A stretch of 64,000 nucleotides of DNA from Anaeromyxobacteraceae bacterium (GTDB lineage: Bacteria; Myxococcota; Myxococcia; Myxococcales; Anaeromyxobacteraceae): positions 2,784,001 through 2,848,000 of the forward strand of contig JASGHJ010000002.1 of the NCBI GenBank assembly GCA_047602405.1. Direction: 5' to 3'. This document shows, one piece after another, positions 41,345 through 50,177 of the stretch (position 1 is the stretch's first letter; every line of letters starts with the position of its first letter). The notes beneath the pieces are model-generated. The model saw nothing but the letters and a program-made list of their open reading frames with translations. It was not told the origin of the DNA and did not search any database. Made by a program: the position numbers and the translations under genes.

Positions 41345-42772
41345 TCAGATGGCCTCGGGCGCCGCCGCGGGCAGCCGCACCGCCACCACCGAGCCGCGCG
41401 CGTCCGCGCTCGCCTCGATGCGGCCGCCGAGCCGGGCGACGGTGTCGTGGCACAGCGAGAGCGCGGCGTCGCCACCACCGAACGCCGAGCCCGCCAGCCG
41501 CGCCCGGTCGTCCTCGGCGAGCGGCACCCCGTCGTCCGCGAGCTCGACCACGATCTCGCTCGCCTCGAGGCGGGCGCCGAGACGCAGCGTGCCCTGCCCG
41601 CCGTCCCCGCCCGCCGCCCGGGCGGCGCGCTGGAGCAGCGTGAGGAAGACGCTCGCGAGGCTGGGCCGGTCGGCGAGCACCGGCGGCAGCGCCGGCACCT
41701 CGCGGACGAGCCGCGCCCGGCCGCGGAGCGCCGGCCCGGTGAGCGTCGCGCAGGCCGCGAGGAGCTCCCCGAGGTCGAGCGCCTCCGTCGTGCCGTCGCC
41801 CCGGGCCACCTGCGAGAGCTGCCGCACGGCGTCGCGGACCCGCTCGGCCGCCTGCCGCGACTCGGCGAGGGCCTCCTGGACGCCCTCGCGATCCATCGGC
41901 CCGGGCGCCCCGAGCTCCCGCTCCAGCCAGGACAGGTTCGCGAGCACGCCCGCGAGCGGGCTGTTCACGTCGTGTGCGACGCCGGCCGCGAGGCTGCCGA
42001 CGCTCGCGAGGAGCGAGGCGTGCGCGAGCTCGCGCTCGGCGCGCACGAGCTGGCCGGTCCGCTCCTCGACCTCCGCCTCGAGCGCCGCGTTGAGCGCCTC
42101 GAGCCGCGCGCGGGCGCGGGCGAGCCCGTCCACCAGCGCCTCGTTCCTGAACCGGAGCGCGAGCGCGGTCCGGAACCGCGTCCCGCTCACGTTCGCGACG
42201 AGCCAGATGACGACCCCGTAGAGGACCGCGAGCGGGATGAGGAAGCGGTCGATCGGGGTCCCCGCGGCGGACATCACCCAGGTGGCCGAGACGACGACCG
42301 GCACCTCGTAGGCCGTGAACGCCGGCATGAAGTCGGCGAGCGTGCCCGCCGCGCCGGCGACGAGCGCGGTGAGGATCGTGTAGACCGCGAGCCGCTCCTC
42401 GAGCGGCGCGCCCGGCAACAGCGCCACCACGCCGCCTGCCCAGAGGAGCCCCGTCGCGAGCGTGCTCCCGATCGCGCGGCGCGCCCAGCGGGCGGCCTCC
42501 CGGTTCCGGTCGGCGCTCCTCCGGTGGACCAGCATCACCGCGAAGCGCACCGAGATGACGAGCCCGAGCGCCGCGAGCCAGGCGACGATGCGCTCCCGGT
42601 CCCCGTGCTCCCAGAGCAGGACCGCCACCGCCCCGGCGCCGGGCACGTTCGTGCCGACCGCGAGCGGCATCTTCGCGTACAGCGCCTCGACCTGGGCCTC
42701 GAGCGTGCGGGCCTCGACCTCCGCGTCGGACGGGCCGTGATCCGCGGTCGGGCTCGGGTGGGTGGAGCTCAC
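41345..42772 (-). CDS. Multi-TM sensor histidine kinase-like protein with degenerate ATPase domain
   Basis: TM bundle, coiled coil, H-box AGVAHDVNSPL; N, G1, F and G2 boxes degenerate; start uncertain (42772 or 42808). Confidence 0.8.
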   Translation of the reverse strand: MSSTHPSPTADHGPSDAEVEARTLEAQVEALYAKMPLAVGTNVPGAGAVAVLLWEHGDRERIVAWLAALGLVISVRFAVMLVHRRSADRNREAARWARRAIGSTLATGLLWAGGVVALLPGAPLEERLAVYTILTALVAGAAGTLADFMPAFTAYEVPVVVSATWVMSAAGTPIDRFLIPLAVLYGVVIWLVANVSGTRFRTALALRFRNEALVDGLARARARLEALNAALEAEVEERTGQLVRAERELAHASLLASVGSLAAGVAHDVNSPLAGVLANLSWLERELGAPGPMDREGVQEALAESRQAAERVRDAVRQLSQVARGDGTTEALDLGELLAACATLTGPALRGRARLVREVPALPPVLADRPSLASVFLTLLQRAARAAGGDGGQGTLRLGARLEASEIVVELADDGVPLAEDDRARLAGSAFGGGDAALSLCHDTVARLGGRIEASADARGSVVAVRLPAAAPEAI

Positions 42773-42857
42773 GTTCTCATGAGACCACGTGCGCGCCGCC
42801 GCGGGCACCCCGTGTGGACGGGCGGGTCGGCGGGGTGGGGCGCCGAGACCCGGCCGA

Positions 42858-43838
42858 CTACCGGTGCAGGGCGACCCGCAGCTCGTCGATCGCCCAGGAC
42901 TCGTCGGAGAGATCCTGGATGCCGGGGCCCTCGACGACGAAGGTCACGGTCAGCGTGGAGGCGGTGTGCGGGATGCCCGAGAACGCCGGGTCGGCCGCGA
43001 GATCGTACGCGCTGTCGGTGTAGTAGCCGTCCGGACCCCCGAACCCGAGGTTGACCCGGCGTGCGAGCTCGACCCCGGCTGGCGGGACGTAGCTCTGGGT
43101 CTGCGCCGCCGTGGCGTTCGCGAAGGACTCCCGGAAGATCGTGGCCCCGTCGACGTCCACGCGGAAGAAGTCGCCCTGCGGGTAGGTCCCGGTGCCGTCG
43201 AGCGAGTCGATCGCGGCGAGGAGGAAGAGCACGTCGATCGCCTGGTGCGAGGGCAGGCCCGCGAGCGTGAGCGTGACGGTGTTGCCAGTCGGGCTCCGGA
43301 GGAAGTGCCCCGCGAACTTCACGGCGCCCCCGAGGCCGGCGTACTGCTGGACGCCCTCGATGGCCGCCACGCCCGGCGCGAGCTCGGGGACGAGCGCGGC
43401 CTCCTCGAAGTCGGTGTGGAAGGCGGTCAGGACGCGGGGCTCGACGGTGAGCGCCGCCGCGGCGCTCGTCGCCGAGCCGCCGGGACCGGTGACGACCGCG
43501 CGCAGGCTCGCGCCGTTCCAGGCGAGCGGGAGCGCCGCGAGCGTGAGCGTGGCCGTCGTCGCGCCGGAGACGACCGCGCCGCTCGCGTCGGGGCCGTCCG
43601 CGAGGTCGGCGCCGTCCCTCTGCCAGCGGAGGGAGGTCACGGTCCCGGCGGGGACGACCGTGAAGGTCGCGCCCGTGAGCTCGAGCGCGGTCGCCGCGGC
43701 CGGGGCCGACACCGTCGGGGCGGGAACGGGCTCCTCCTCGCCGCCGCCTCCGCCGCCCCCGCAGGCGGCGAGCGCCGCCGCGGCCGCGCACGCCAGGACC
43801 CCCATCACCGTCGAACGCCCGCTCTCGCCACACGGCAT
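42858..43838 (-). CDS. Lipoprotein with Ig-like domain and beta-sandwich C-terminal domain
   Basis: Lipobox LAAC; W(QRDG)..GATTATLTL..GSATS Ig I-set-like pattern; DESWAID tail; start may be 43805. Confidence 0.7.
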   Translation of the reverse strand: MPCGESGRSTVMGVLACAAAAALAACGGGGGGGEEEPVPAPTVSAPAAATALELTGATFTVVPAGTVTSLRWQRDGADLADGPDASGAVVSGATTATLTLAALPLAWNGASLRAVVTGPGGSATSAAAALTVEPRVLTAFHTDFEEAALVPELAPGVAAIEGVQQYAGLGGAVKFAGHFLRSPTGNTVTLTLAGLPSHQAIDVLFLLAAIDSLDGTGTYPQGDFFRVDVDGATIFRESFANATAAQTQSYVPPAGVELARRVNLGFGGPDGYYTDSAYDLAADPAFSGIPHTASTLTVTFVVEGPGIQDLSDESWAIDELRVALHR

Positions 43839-43878
43839 CGTCTTGTCGACCCTCTCCAGGTGCCCGACCTCTAACAGG

Positions 43879-43908
43879 GCGGGGTGGCCCAGCCCTGGGC
43901 CACCCCGC
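43879..43908 (-). terminator. Perfect 13-bp stem hairpin, possible terminator/stabiliser
   Basis: GCGGGGTGGCCCA-GCCC-TGGGCCACCCCGC; no clear U-tract. Confidence 0.45.
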
Positions 43909-43943
43909 GAATACCACCTGGGCCAGTACGGTGCGTTCGGGCC

Positions 43944-45950
43944 TCAGCCCGGTGCCCCACCCCGGTTCCGGAGGATCCGGATCCCGCCCTCGGCGTCGGC
44001 CACCGCGAGGTCGAGCCAGCCGTCCCCGTCGAGGTCGGCCGCGACGACGCGCGACGCACGGACCTCCGCCAGCGTCACGGGCGCCGCGAAGCGGCCGTCG
44101 CCGAGGTTGCGGTGGAACCGCAGCGCGCCGCGGGGGTCGGCCACCACGAGGTCGACGTCGCCGTCGCGATCGAGGTCGGCCGCGGCCACCGCGGTGCCGC
44201 CGGCGCCGACCTCCGCCGGCGGGCCGAAGGCGTCCTGCCCGGCGAGGAGCACGCGCAGGGCGCCACCGGGGCGGACGATCGCGAGGTCGGCGCGCCGGTC
44301 GCCGTCGAGGTCGGCGCAGGCCGCGGCGTCGCCCTCGTTCAGCCCGAGCCCGCCCGCGACCGCGTACGGGGCGAGGAACGAGGGCCCCTGCCCGGGCACG
44401 ATGGCGACCGAGGCGCCGGGCCCCGCGAGCAGCACGACGAGATCCTGCCAGCCCTCCCCCGTCGCGTCGGCGGTGCAGGCCGTCAGGGCCGAGGACAGAT
44501 CGAGCGGCGCGTCCACCAGGAACTGGAAGGTGTCCTCCACGTTCACGCCGTGGAGCTGGGCGTGGAGCGAGAGGTCCCTGCCGCCGCGAACGAGCGCGGA
44601 GAGCTCCACCGGGCCGTCGAGGCCGAAGTCGCCCGTGCCGAGCGCGAGGATTTGGCCCTCGAGCGTGCGCACCTCGGCGAGCCCGGGGCCGCCCGCGGAG
44701 CCGCGGTAGAGGAGCAGCCCGGTCGGGCCGCCCACCACGAGATCCTCGAAGCCGTCGCGGTTGAGGTCGGCCGAGGCGAGCGTGCGTGCGCCCTCGACGG
44801 ACTCGAGGTGGCCCATCGGCGTGAAGGCGCCGTGGCCGTCGTTGAGGAGCAGCGCGACGCCGGCGTGCGACGTCGAGATCGCCGCGAGGTCGAGGTCGCC
44901 GTCGCCGTCCACGTCGGCCGCGGTGAGCGCGGGGGTGTTCTCGGCGCCCGCGTCCACCGCGACCGGCGCCGCGAAGCCGGCCCACGCCGGCGGGGCGGCG
45001 CGGCGCAGCGGGCGCGCGGCGACGTCGTGGAGCAGGTGGTGCGTGAGGTTCTCGACCTCGCCGGTCTCGGGGTCGAGCGCGTGGAGCTCCCAGTCGTGCG
45101 CGACCGCGGCCGCGTACACGATGCGGCCGTCCGGAGACCAGGCCACGTTCGCGAGGCGGTGGTCGAGCGGGAAGAGCCGGTAGCCGGTGCCGTCCGGGCG
45201 GGCGATGCCGATGCCCATCTCGGCGGCGTCGCCGTCGAAGCGCGCCGCCTGGAACGCGAGCCTTGCACCGTCCGGCGACCAGGCCGGCGCGCGCTCGATG
45301 GCGTCGGGGAAGGCCTCCGCGAGCGGCGCGCGCAGGTGGCCGCCGGCGTGGTTCATGAGCCACAGGCGCGTGCGGCCGGTGCGGTTGGAGGAGAACGCGA
45401 TCGTCGCGCCGCCCGGGGACCAGGCCGGGCCGCGATCCGCGACGGTGGCCGGGAGCGGGTCCGGCGTGAGGTTCTCGCGGCCCGAGCCGTCGCGGTTCAT
45501 GACGAGGATGTCCTCGGAGGCCGAGAGGTCGGAGAACGAGACCGCGAGGTGCTGGCCGTCGGGCGACCAGCTGACCTCGTGCACCGCGAAGTCGCCGGTG
45601 AGGAGCGGCGTCAGCGCGCGCGACCACCGATCCATGAGCCACAGGTTCCCGTCGAGCTCCGCGGAGCGGACGAGCGCGAGCGTGCGGCCGTCCGGCGACG
45701 GCACCGCGGCGGCGACCTCCTGCGGGATGCCGACGAACGGCTCCACGCGGCTGCCGTCGGGCGCCATCGTGTACCAGCTCCACGGGCCTCCGGCCTGGAA
45801 CCGCTGCACGAGGAGCTCGACCTCGGCGTGCGGGACCTCGTCGGAGGGCGGCGGCGGGTCGGGCGGCGGCTGCTGCGGGGTGGGCTGCGAGGCCCCATCG
45901 GAGCAGGAGGCGAGGAGCGTGACGGTGAGGGCGGCAAGTGCGGTGCGCAT
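43944..45950 (-). CDS. Lipoprotein with TolB-like PD40 repeats and FG-GAP/VCBS repeats
   Basis: Lipobox LASC; repeated WSPDG; repeated ADxDGDGxxDL; GGAG RBS. Confidence 0.88.
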   Translation of the reverse strand: MRTALAALTVTLLASCSDGASQPTPQQPPPDPPPPSDEVPHAEVELLVQRFQAGGPWSWYTMAPDGSRVEPFVGIPQEVAAAVPSPDGRTLALVRSAELDGNLWLMDRWSRALTPLLTGDFAVHEVSWSPDGQHLAVSFSDLSASEDILVMNRDGSGRENLTPDPLPATVADRGPAWSPGGATIAFSSNRTGRTRLWLMNHAGGHLRAPLAEAFPDAIERAPAWSPDGARLAFQAARFDGDAAEMGIGIARPDGTGYRLFPLDHRLANVAWSPDGRIVYAAAVAHDWELHALDPETGEVENLTHHLLHDVAARPLRRAAPPAWAGFAAPVAVDAGAENTPALTAADVDGDGDLDLAAISTSHAGVALLLNDGHGAFTPMGHLESVEGARTLASADLNRDGFEDLVVGGPTGLLLYRGSAGGPGLAEVRTLEGQILALGTGDFGLDGPVELSALVRGGRDLSLHAQLHGVNVEDTFQFLVDAPLDLSSALTACTADATGEGWQDLVVLLAGPGASVAIVPGQGPSFLAPYAVAGGLGLNEGDAAACADLDGDRRADLAIVRPGGALRVLLAGQDAFGPPAEVGAGGTAVAAADLDRDGDVDLVVADPRGALRFHRNLGDGRFAAPVTLAEVRASRVVAADLDGDGWLDLAVADAEGGIRILRNRGGAPG

Positions 45951-46038
45951 GGCGGTCTCCAGTACGTGTGGAGACCGGTGGGGCTCACGGACGTGGGGAC
46001 GCCCCGGGTGGGGGCGGCGACGAGCAGGGCCGCGGCCG

Positions 46039-46094
46039 GCGCAGACATCTGCGCATGGGCGCGGGCTACCGAGGGCCGGCGCAGACGTCTGCGC
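46039..46094. repeat. Two copies of 16-bp palindrome GCGCAGAC(A/G)TCTGCGC, 40-bp period
   Basis: 46039-46054 and 46079-46094; reverse complement of the first recurs at 47816-47831. Confidence 0.8.
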
Positions 46095-46395
46095 ATCCAA
46101 CCCTCTCCCGCCCGTCCATCTCCCCCCGTCGAGCGTAGCGGCCGTAAGGCCGCAAAGACGAGGGACGGCCCGGGCCCCAGAGGTCCGCCGTTCGCATCCA
46201 ACCCTCTCCCGCCCGTCCCTCTCCCCCGTCCGTCCCGAGCGTAGCCCCCGCGCAGCGGGGGCGGAGACGAGGGACGGCCGGGCCCCAGAGGTCCGCCGTT
46301 CGCATCCAACCCTCCCCCGTCCGTCCCTCTCCCCCCGTCCGTCCCGAGCGTAGCCCCCGCGCAGCGGGGGCGGAGACGAGGGACAGGGGCCCGGG
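46092..46395 (+). repeat. Three-unit tandem array (~101-108 bp units), each containing a family A REP-like hairpin
   Basis: Units start CGCATCCAACCCTC at 46092, 46193 and 46301; each has CGAGCGTAG-hairpin-AGACGAGGGAC. Confidence 0.9.
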
Positions 46396-46439
46396 GGCTC
46401 GGATCAGCCCTGAGCCCCAGCCGGATCGCGCGTTCTCAC

Positions 46440-46461
46440 TGTCAGACCGGGGTGGCAGGAT
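46440..46461 (+). promoter_or_regulatory. Candidate promoter TGTCAG-N10-CAGGAT upstream of HNH gene
   Basis: Spacing resembles the actinobacterial RecA-NDp/PafBC motif; 7 nt before ATG. Confidence 0.4.
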
Positions 46462-46468
46462 CGCGGGC

Positions 46469-48385
46469 ATGGACGCGTGCACGGCCAGCGAGCTCGTCGC
46501 GGCGGCGCTCCCGGAGTTCACTCCGGGTGCCGAGCCGACGGGCGCGGCCGCGACCGTAGCCGCCGCGAACGACGCCGCCCGCGGGGATCCGCTCCGCGAG
46601 CGCTGGGACCTGCACGCGCCGCGCTGGGAGTACCCGTCTTTCACGATGCTCGAGCTTCGAGAGCTGGTCCTCCGCGGCGAGGGCGGCCCGGAGAAGTTCG
46701 AGCGCGCGCTCGCGCAGGCCGCCTGCATGCGCAGCGCGCTCGAGCTCAGCCTCGGCGCGATCTTCGCCACGTTCACGGAGGGTGACCGCCTCGCCCGGCA
46801 GGGGTTCTCGAACCTCGGCGACCTCACCGAGAACCTCTTCGGCGTCCGCCGGCGCGCGGCGCAGGTGGCGGCGCAGCTCGCGAAGGCGCTCCGGGAGAGG
46901 CCTCTGCTGAGGGCCGCTGCGTACGAGGGGCTCGTGACCCCGTCGGCAGCGCTCGCGGTCCTGCCGGTCGCGGCCGGCGACGACGAGGAGCGCTGGGTGG
47001 AGGAGGCGAAGGTCCAGCCGGTCCGGAAGCTGAAGCAGCTCGTGAAGGAGGCCCTGAAGGAGCGGAAGTCGCTGCCGGGGCCGGATGCGGCCGCAGAGCA
47101 GGCGGAGGCCGACGAGGAGCCGTGGGTCCGGCTGCGCGTGCCGATCTCCGACGAGGACCACGCAGATCTCCGCAGCGCCATGGCCCTCGCCGGCGAGCTC
47201 GTCGAGAGCTCGCACCGGCACGTGCAGCTCGAGGCGCTCGCGCAGGAGTACCTGTCGGAGCACCCGGGAGACGAGTCGGTCGCCGCCGAGGCGGAGCGCG
47301 CCGTGGAGCGGCGGCTCCACCCGCTCGACGTCCAGACGAAGCGCGACGCCGCGGAGGCGAAGCTCGAGGCCGAGACCTCCCACTGGGAGGTCCTCGACCC
47401 GGTCCACGCCGTCGCGGCCCTCGACGTCGATCCGAACGCCCTCGCCACGGACGACGAGCTCATGGCGACGGGCCTCGGCATCGCCTCCGAGCTCAAGGCC
47501 TGGGACGACTTCATGGGCTGGTGCTCGGCCGTCGTGAAGGGCACGCACACCCACCGCGAGGCGGGGTTCGCGGACTTCCGGCACTACGCGACCGAGCGCC
47601 TCGGCGTCCCGGCCCGCACCATCGAGACCCGCGCCGCGCTCGAGAAGCACCTCTGGGAGAAGCCGGAGCTCCGGATCGCGAAGGAGATGGGGCTCACCTA
47701 CTCGAAGCTCCTCCTCCTGAAGGAGGTGCCCCAGATCGACCTCCTCAAGATGGCCCAGCGGGCCGAGAAGCTGACCGTGGTGGAGCTGAGGGAGGTCGTG
47801 CAGGCGAAGGCCGACGCGCAGATGTCTGCGCTGAAGTTCTTCGAGGCCCGGGTGCCGCGGAGCGTCGCGGTGCTGCTCGAGCAGGCGTTCCAGGTGTCGC
47901 TGATGAGGCGGGTGCCGAAGGAGCGCCCCGCGGAGGAGTCAGCCCCCTGCGCGGACGGGTGCGAGCACGACGGAACGCACGGGAAGGACAAGGGAACGCC
48001 GAAGCCGCCCGCCGAGCCGCCCGCCGAGCCGCGCCTCGACGGACCCTTCCTCGGCGAGCTCGCCCGCCACTTCATCCAGGCCTGGTGCAACGAGCGCACG
48101 AAGCCGAAGACCGTCTCCCAGAAGCAGCGCGCGAAGTACCGGCGCTGTCAGTTCCCGGGGTGCAGCCGCCGGAGCTGCCAGGGCCACCACATCGAGTTTC
48201 GCAGCCGCGGCGGCTCGGAGGACGACTGGAACCGGATGCCGCTCTGCGCCTACCACCACCTCGTCGTGGTCCACGAGGGCTTCGCCACCATCACGGGCAT
48301 CTTCCCGGAGGCCGTCGAGTTCCGCGTGAACGGCGTCGTCTGGAAGGACGGCCAGTTCGGGAGGAGGCGCAGCGAGCGGGTGTGA
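46469..48385 (+). CDS. Large HNH endonuclease with internally duplicated helical (DUF222-like) domain
   Basis: Two related segments GFSNLGDLTENLFGV / GFADFRHYATERLGV; C-terminal CQFPGC..HHIEFRSRGG..N..LCAYHH..H. Confidence 0.85.
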   Translation: MDACTASELVAAALPEFTPGAEPTGAAATVAAANDAARGDPLRERWDLHAPRWEYPSFTMLELRELVLRGEGGPEKFERALAQAACMRSALELSLGAIFATFTEGDRLARQGFSNLGDLTENLFGVRRRAAQVAAQLAKALRERPLLRAAAYEGLVTPSAALAVLPVAAGDDEERWVEEAKVQPVRKLKQLVKEALKERKSLPGPDAAAEQAEADEEPWVRLRVPISDEDHADLRSAMALAGELVESSHRHVQLEALAQEYLSEHPGDESVAAEAERAVERRLHPLDVQTKRDAAEAKLEAETSHWEVLDPVHAVAALDVDPNALATDDELMATGLGIASELKAWDDFMGWCSAVVKGTHTHREAGFADFRHYATERLGVPARTIETRAALEKHLWEKPELRIAKEMGLTYSKLLLLKEVPQIDLLKMAQRAEKLTVVELREVVQAKADAQMSALKFFEARVPRSVAVLLEQAFQVSLMRRVPKERPAEESAPCADGCEHDGTHGKDKGTPKPPAEPPAEPRLDGPFLGELARHFIQAWCNERTKPKTVSQKQRAKYRRCQFPGCSRRSCQGHHIEFRSRGGSEDDWNRMPLCAYHHLVVVHEGFATITGIFPEAVEFRVNGVVWKDGQFGRRRSERV

Positions 48386-48454
48386 GGCGACGTGCGGCGC
48401 GGCGCCTCCGCCGCGCCGTCCCGCCCCGCCGCCGTCCCGCCGCCGTCCCGCGGC

Positions 48455-50116
48455 CTACCGCGCGATCGGCTTGTACCGGATGCGCTTCGGCTTCGCGCCC
48501 TCCTCGCCGAGGCGGCGCTTCTTGTCGGCCTCGTACTCCTGGTAGTTGCCGGTGAAGAAGCTCCACTTCGAGTCGCCCTCGCACGCGAGGATGTGCGTGG
48601 CGATGCGATCGAGGAACCAGCGGTCGTGGCTGATGACCATGACCGAGCCGGCGTACTCGAGGAGCGCGTCCTCGAGGGCGCGGAGGGTCTCGACGTCGAG
48701 GTCGTTCGAGGGCTCGTCGAGGAGCAGGAGGTTCCCGCCCGTCATGAGCGTCTTCGCGAGGTGCAGGCGGCCGCGCTCGCCACCCGAGAGCGTGCCGACG
48801 ACCTTCGACTGGTCGGCGCCCTTGAAGTTGAAGCGCGCGATGTAGTTGCGGCTCGGCATGGTGAACTTGCCGACCGTGATCTGGTCGGAGCCGCCGGAGA
48901 GCTCCTCGAAGATGGTCTTCGTGGAGGTGAGGTTCTCGCGGCTCTGGTCGACGAAGGCGAGCTTCACCGACTGGCCGATCTTCACCTCGCCGGAGTCGGG
49001 CTGCTCCTTGCCGGTGATCATCTTGAAGAGCGTCGACTTGCCGGCGCCGTTCGGGCCGATGATGCCGACGATGGCGCCGGGCGGGACGATGAAGCTGAGG
49101 TCGTCGATGAGGAGCCGGTCGCCGAAGCCCTTTGAGACGTTCTTGAACTCCACCACCTGGTCGCCGAGCCGCTCGGCGACCGGGATGAAGATCTCCTGGG
49201 TCTCGTTGCGCCGCTGGTACTCGACCGAGGAGAGCTCCTCGAAGCGGGCGAGGCGGGCCTTCGACTTCGCCTGGCGCGCCTTCGGGTTCTGGCGAACCCA
49301 CTCGAGCTCCTGCTTCATCGCCTTGATGCGGGCCGACTCCTGCTTCTGCTCGAGCTCGAGCCGCTGCTCCTTCTGGTCCAACCACGAGGAGTAGTTGCCC
49401 TTCCAGGGGATGCCCCTGCCGCGGTCGAGCTCGAGGATCCACTCGGCGGCGTTGTCGAGGAAGTAGCGGTCGTGCGTGACGGCGACGACGGTGCCCGGGA
49501 AGCGGGTGAGGAACTGCTCGAGCCACTCGACCGACTCGGCATCGAGGTGGTTCGTGGGCTCGTCGAGGAGCAGCATGTCCGGCTTCGAGAGGAGCAGCTT
49601 CGCGAGCGCGACCCGGCGCTTCTCGCCGCCGGAGAGCACGCCGATCTTCTGGTCCCAGGGCGGGAGGCGGAGCGCGTCGGCGGCGATCTCGAGGGCGGTG
49701 CCGGTGTCCGCGCCGGCGGTCGCGATGACGTGCTCGAGCCGGGCCTGCTCCTCGGCGAGCTTCTCCATGTCGGCGTCGGGGTCGGAGTAGGCCGCGTAGA
49801 CCTCCTCGAGCCGCTTCTGGGCGGCGGCGACGTCACCCTGCGCCGACTCGACCTCCTCGCGGACCGTCCGCTCGGCGTCGAGGACCGGCTCCTGCGGGAG
49901 GTAGCCGATCTTCACGTTCATCCGGGTGATCTCGCCGGAGTACGCGTCGTCCACGCCCGCCATGAGCCGGAGCACCGTGGACTTGCCCGCGCCGTTCAGG
50001 CCGAGGAGGCCGATCTTGGCGCCCTGGAAGAACGACAGGGAGATGTCCTTGATGATCTCGCGCTTGGGCGGGACGATCTTGGACACCCGGATCATCGACA
50101 TCACGTACTGGGGCAT
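48455..50116 (-). CDS. ettA: Energy-dependent translational throttle ABC-F protein
   Basis: QYVMSM..SKIVPPKR, two NBDs (GLNGAGKS, GPNGAGKS), ELEWVRQNPKARQAKSKAR linker, RIRYK tail. Confidence 0.95.
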   Translation of the reverse strand: MPQYVMSMIRVSKIVPPKREIIKDISLSFFQGAKIGLLGLNGAGKSTVLRLMAGVDDAYSGEITRMNVKIGYLPQEPVLDAERTVREEVESAQGDVAAAQKRLEEVYAAYSDPDADMEKLAEEQARLEHVIATAGADTGTALEIAADALRLPPWDQKIGVLSGGEKRRVALAKLLLSKPDMLLLDEPTNHLDAESVEWLEQFLTRFPGTVVAVTHDRYFLDNAAEWILELDRGRGIPWKGNYSSWLDQKEQRLELEQKQESARIKAMKQELEWVRQNPKARQAKSKARLARFEELSSVEYQRRNETQEIFIPVAERLGDQVVEFKNVSKGFGDRLLIDDLSFIVPPGAIVGIIGPNGAGKSTLFKMITGKEQPDSGEVKIGQSVKLAFVDQSRENLTSTKTIFEELSGGSDQITVGKFTMPSRNYIARFNFKGADQSKVVGTLSGGERGRLHLAKTLMTGGNLLLLDEPSNDLDVETLRALEDALLEYAGSVMVISHDRWFLDRIATHILACEGDSKWSFFTGNYQEYEADKKRRLGEEGAKPKRIRYKPIAR

Positions 50117-50177
50117 CGGCGGCGGTTCCTCTCGGGAGGGTGCGGCGACGCAGCGAGCGGGCTGCGGGGGGCGGAAT

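Noticed and set aside
46092..46395. CRISPR array
   Set aside because: Units are ~105 bp and nearly identical along their length with no unique spacers; only three units; no cas genes in the window
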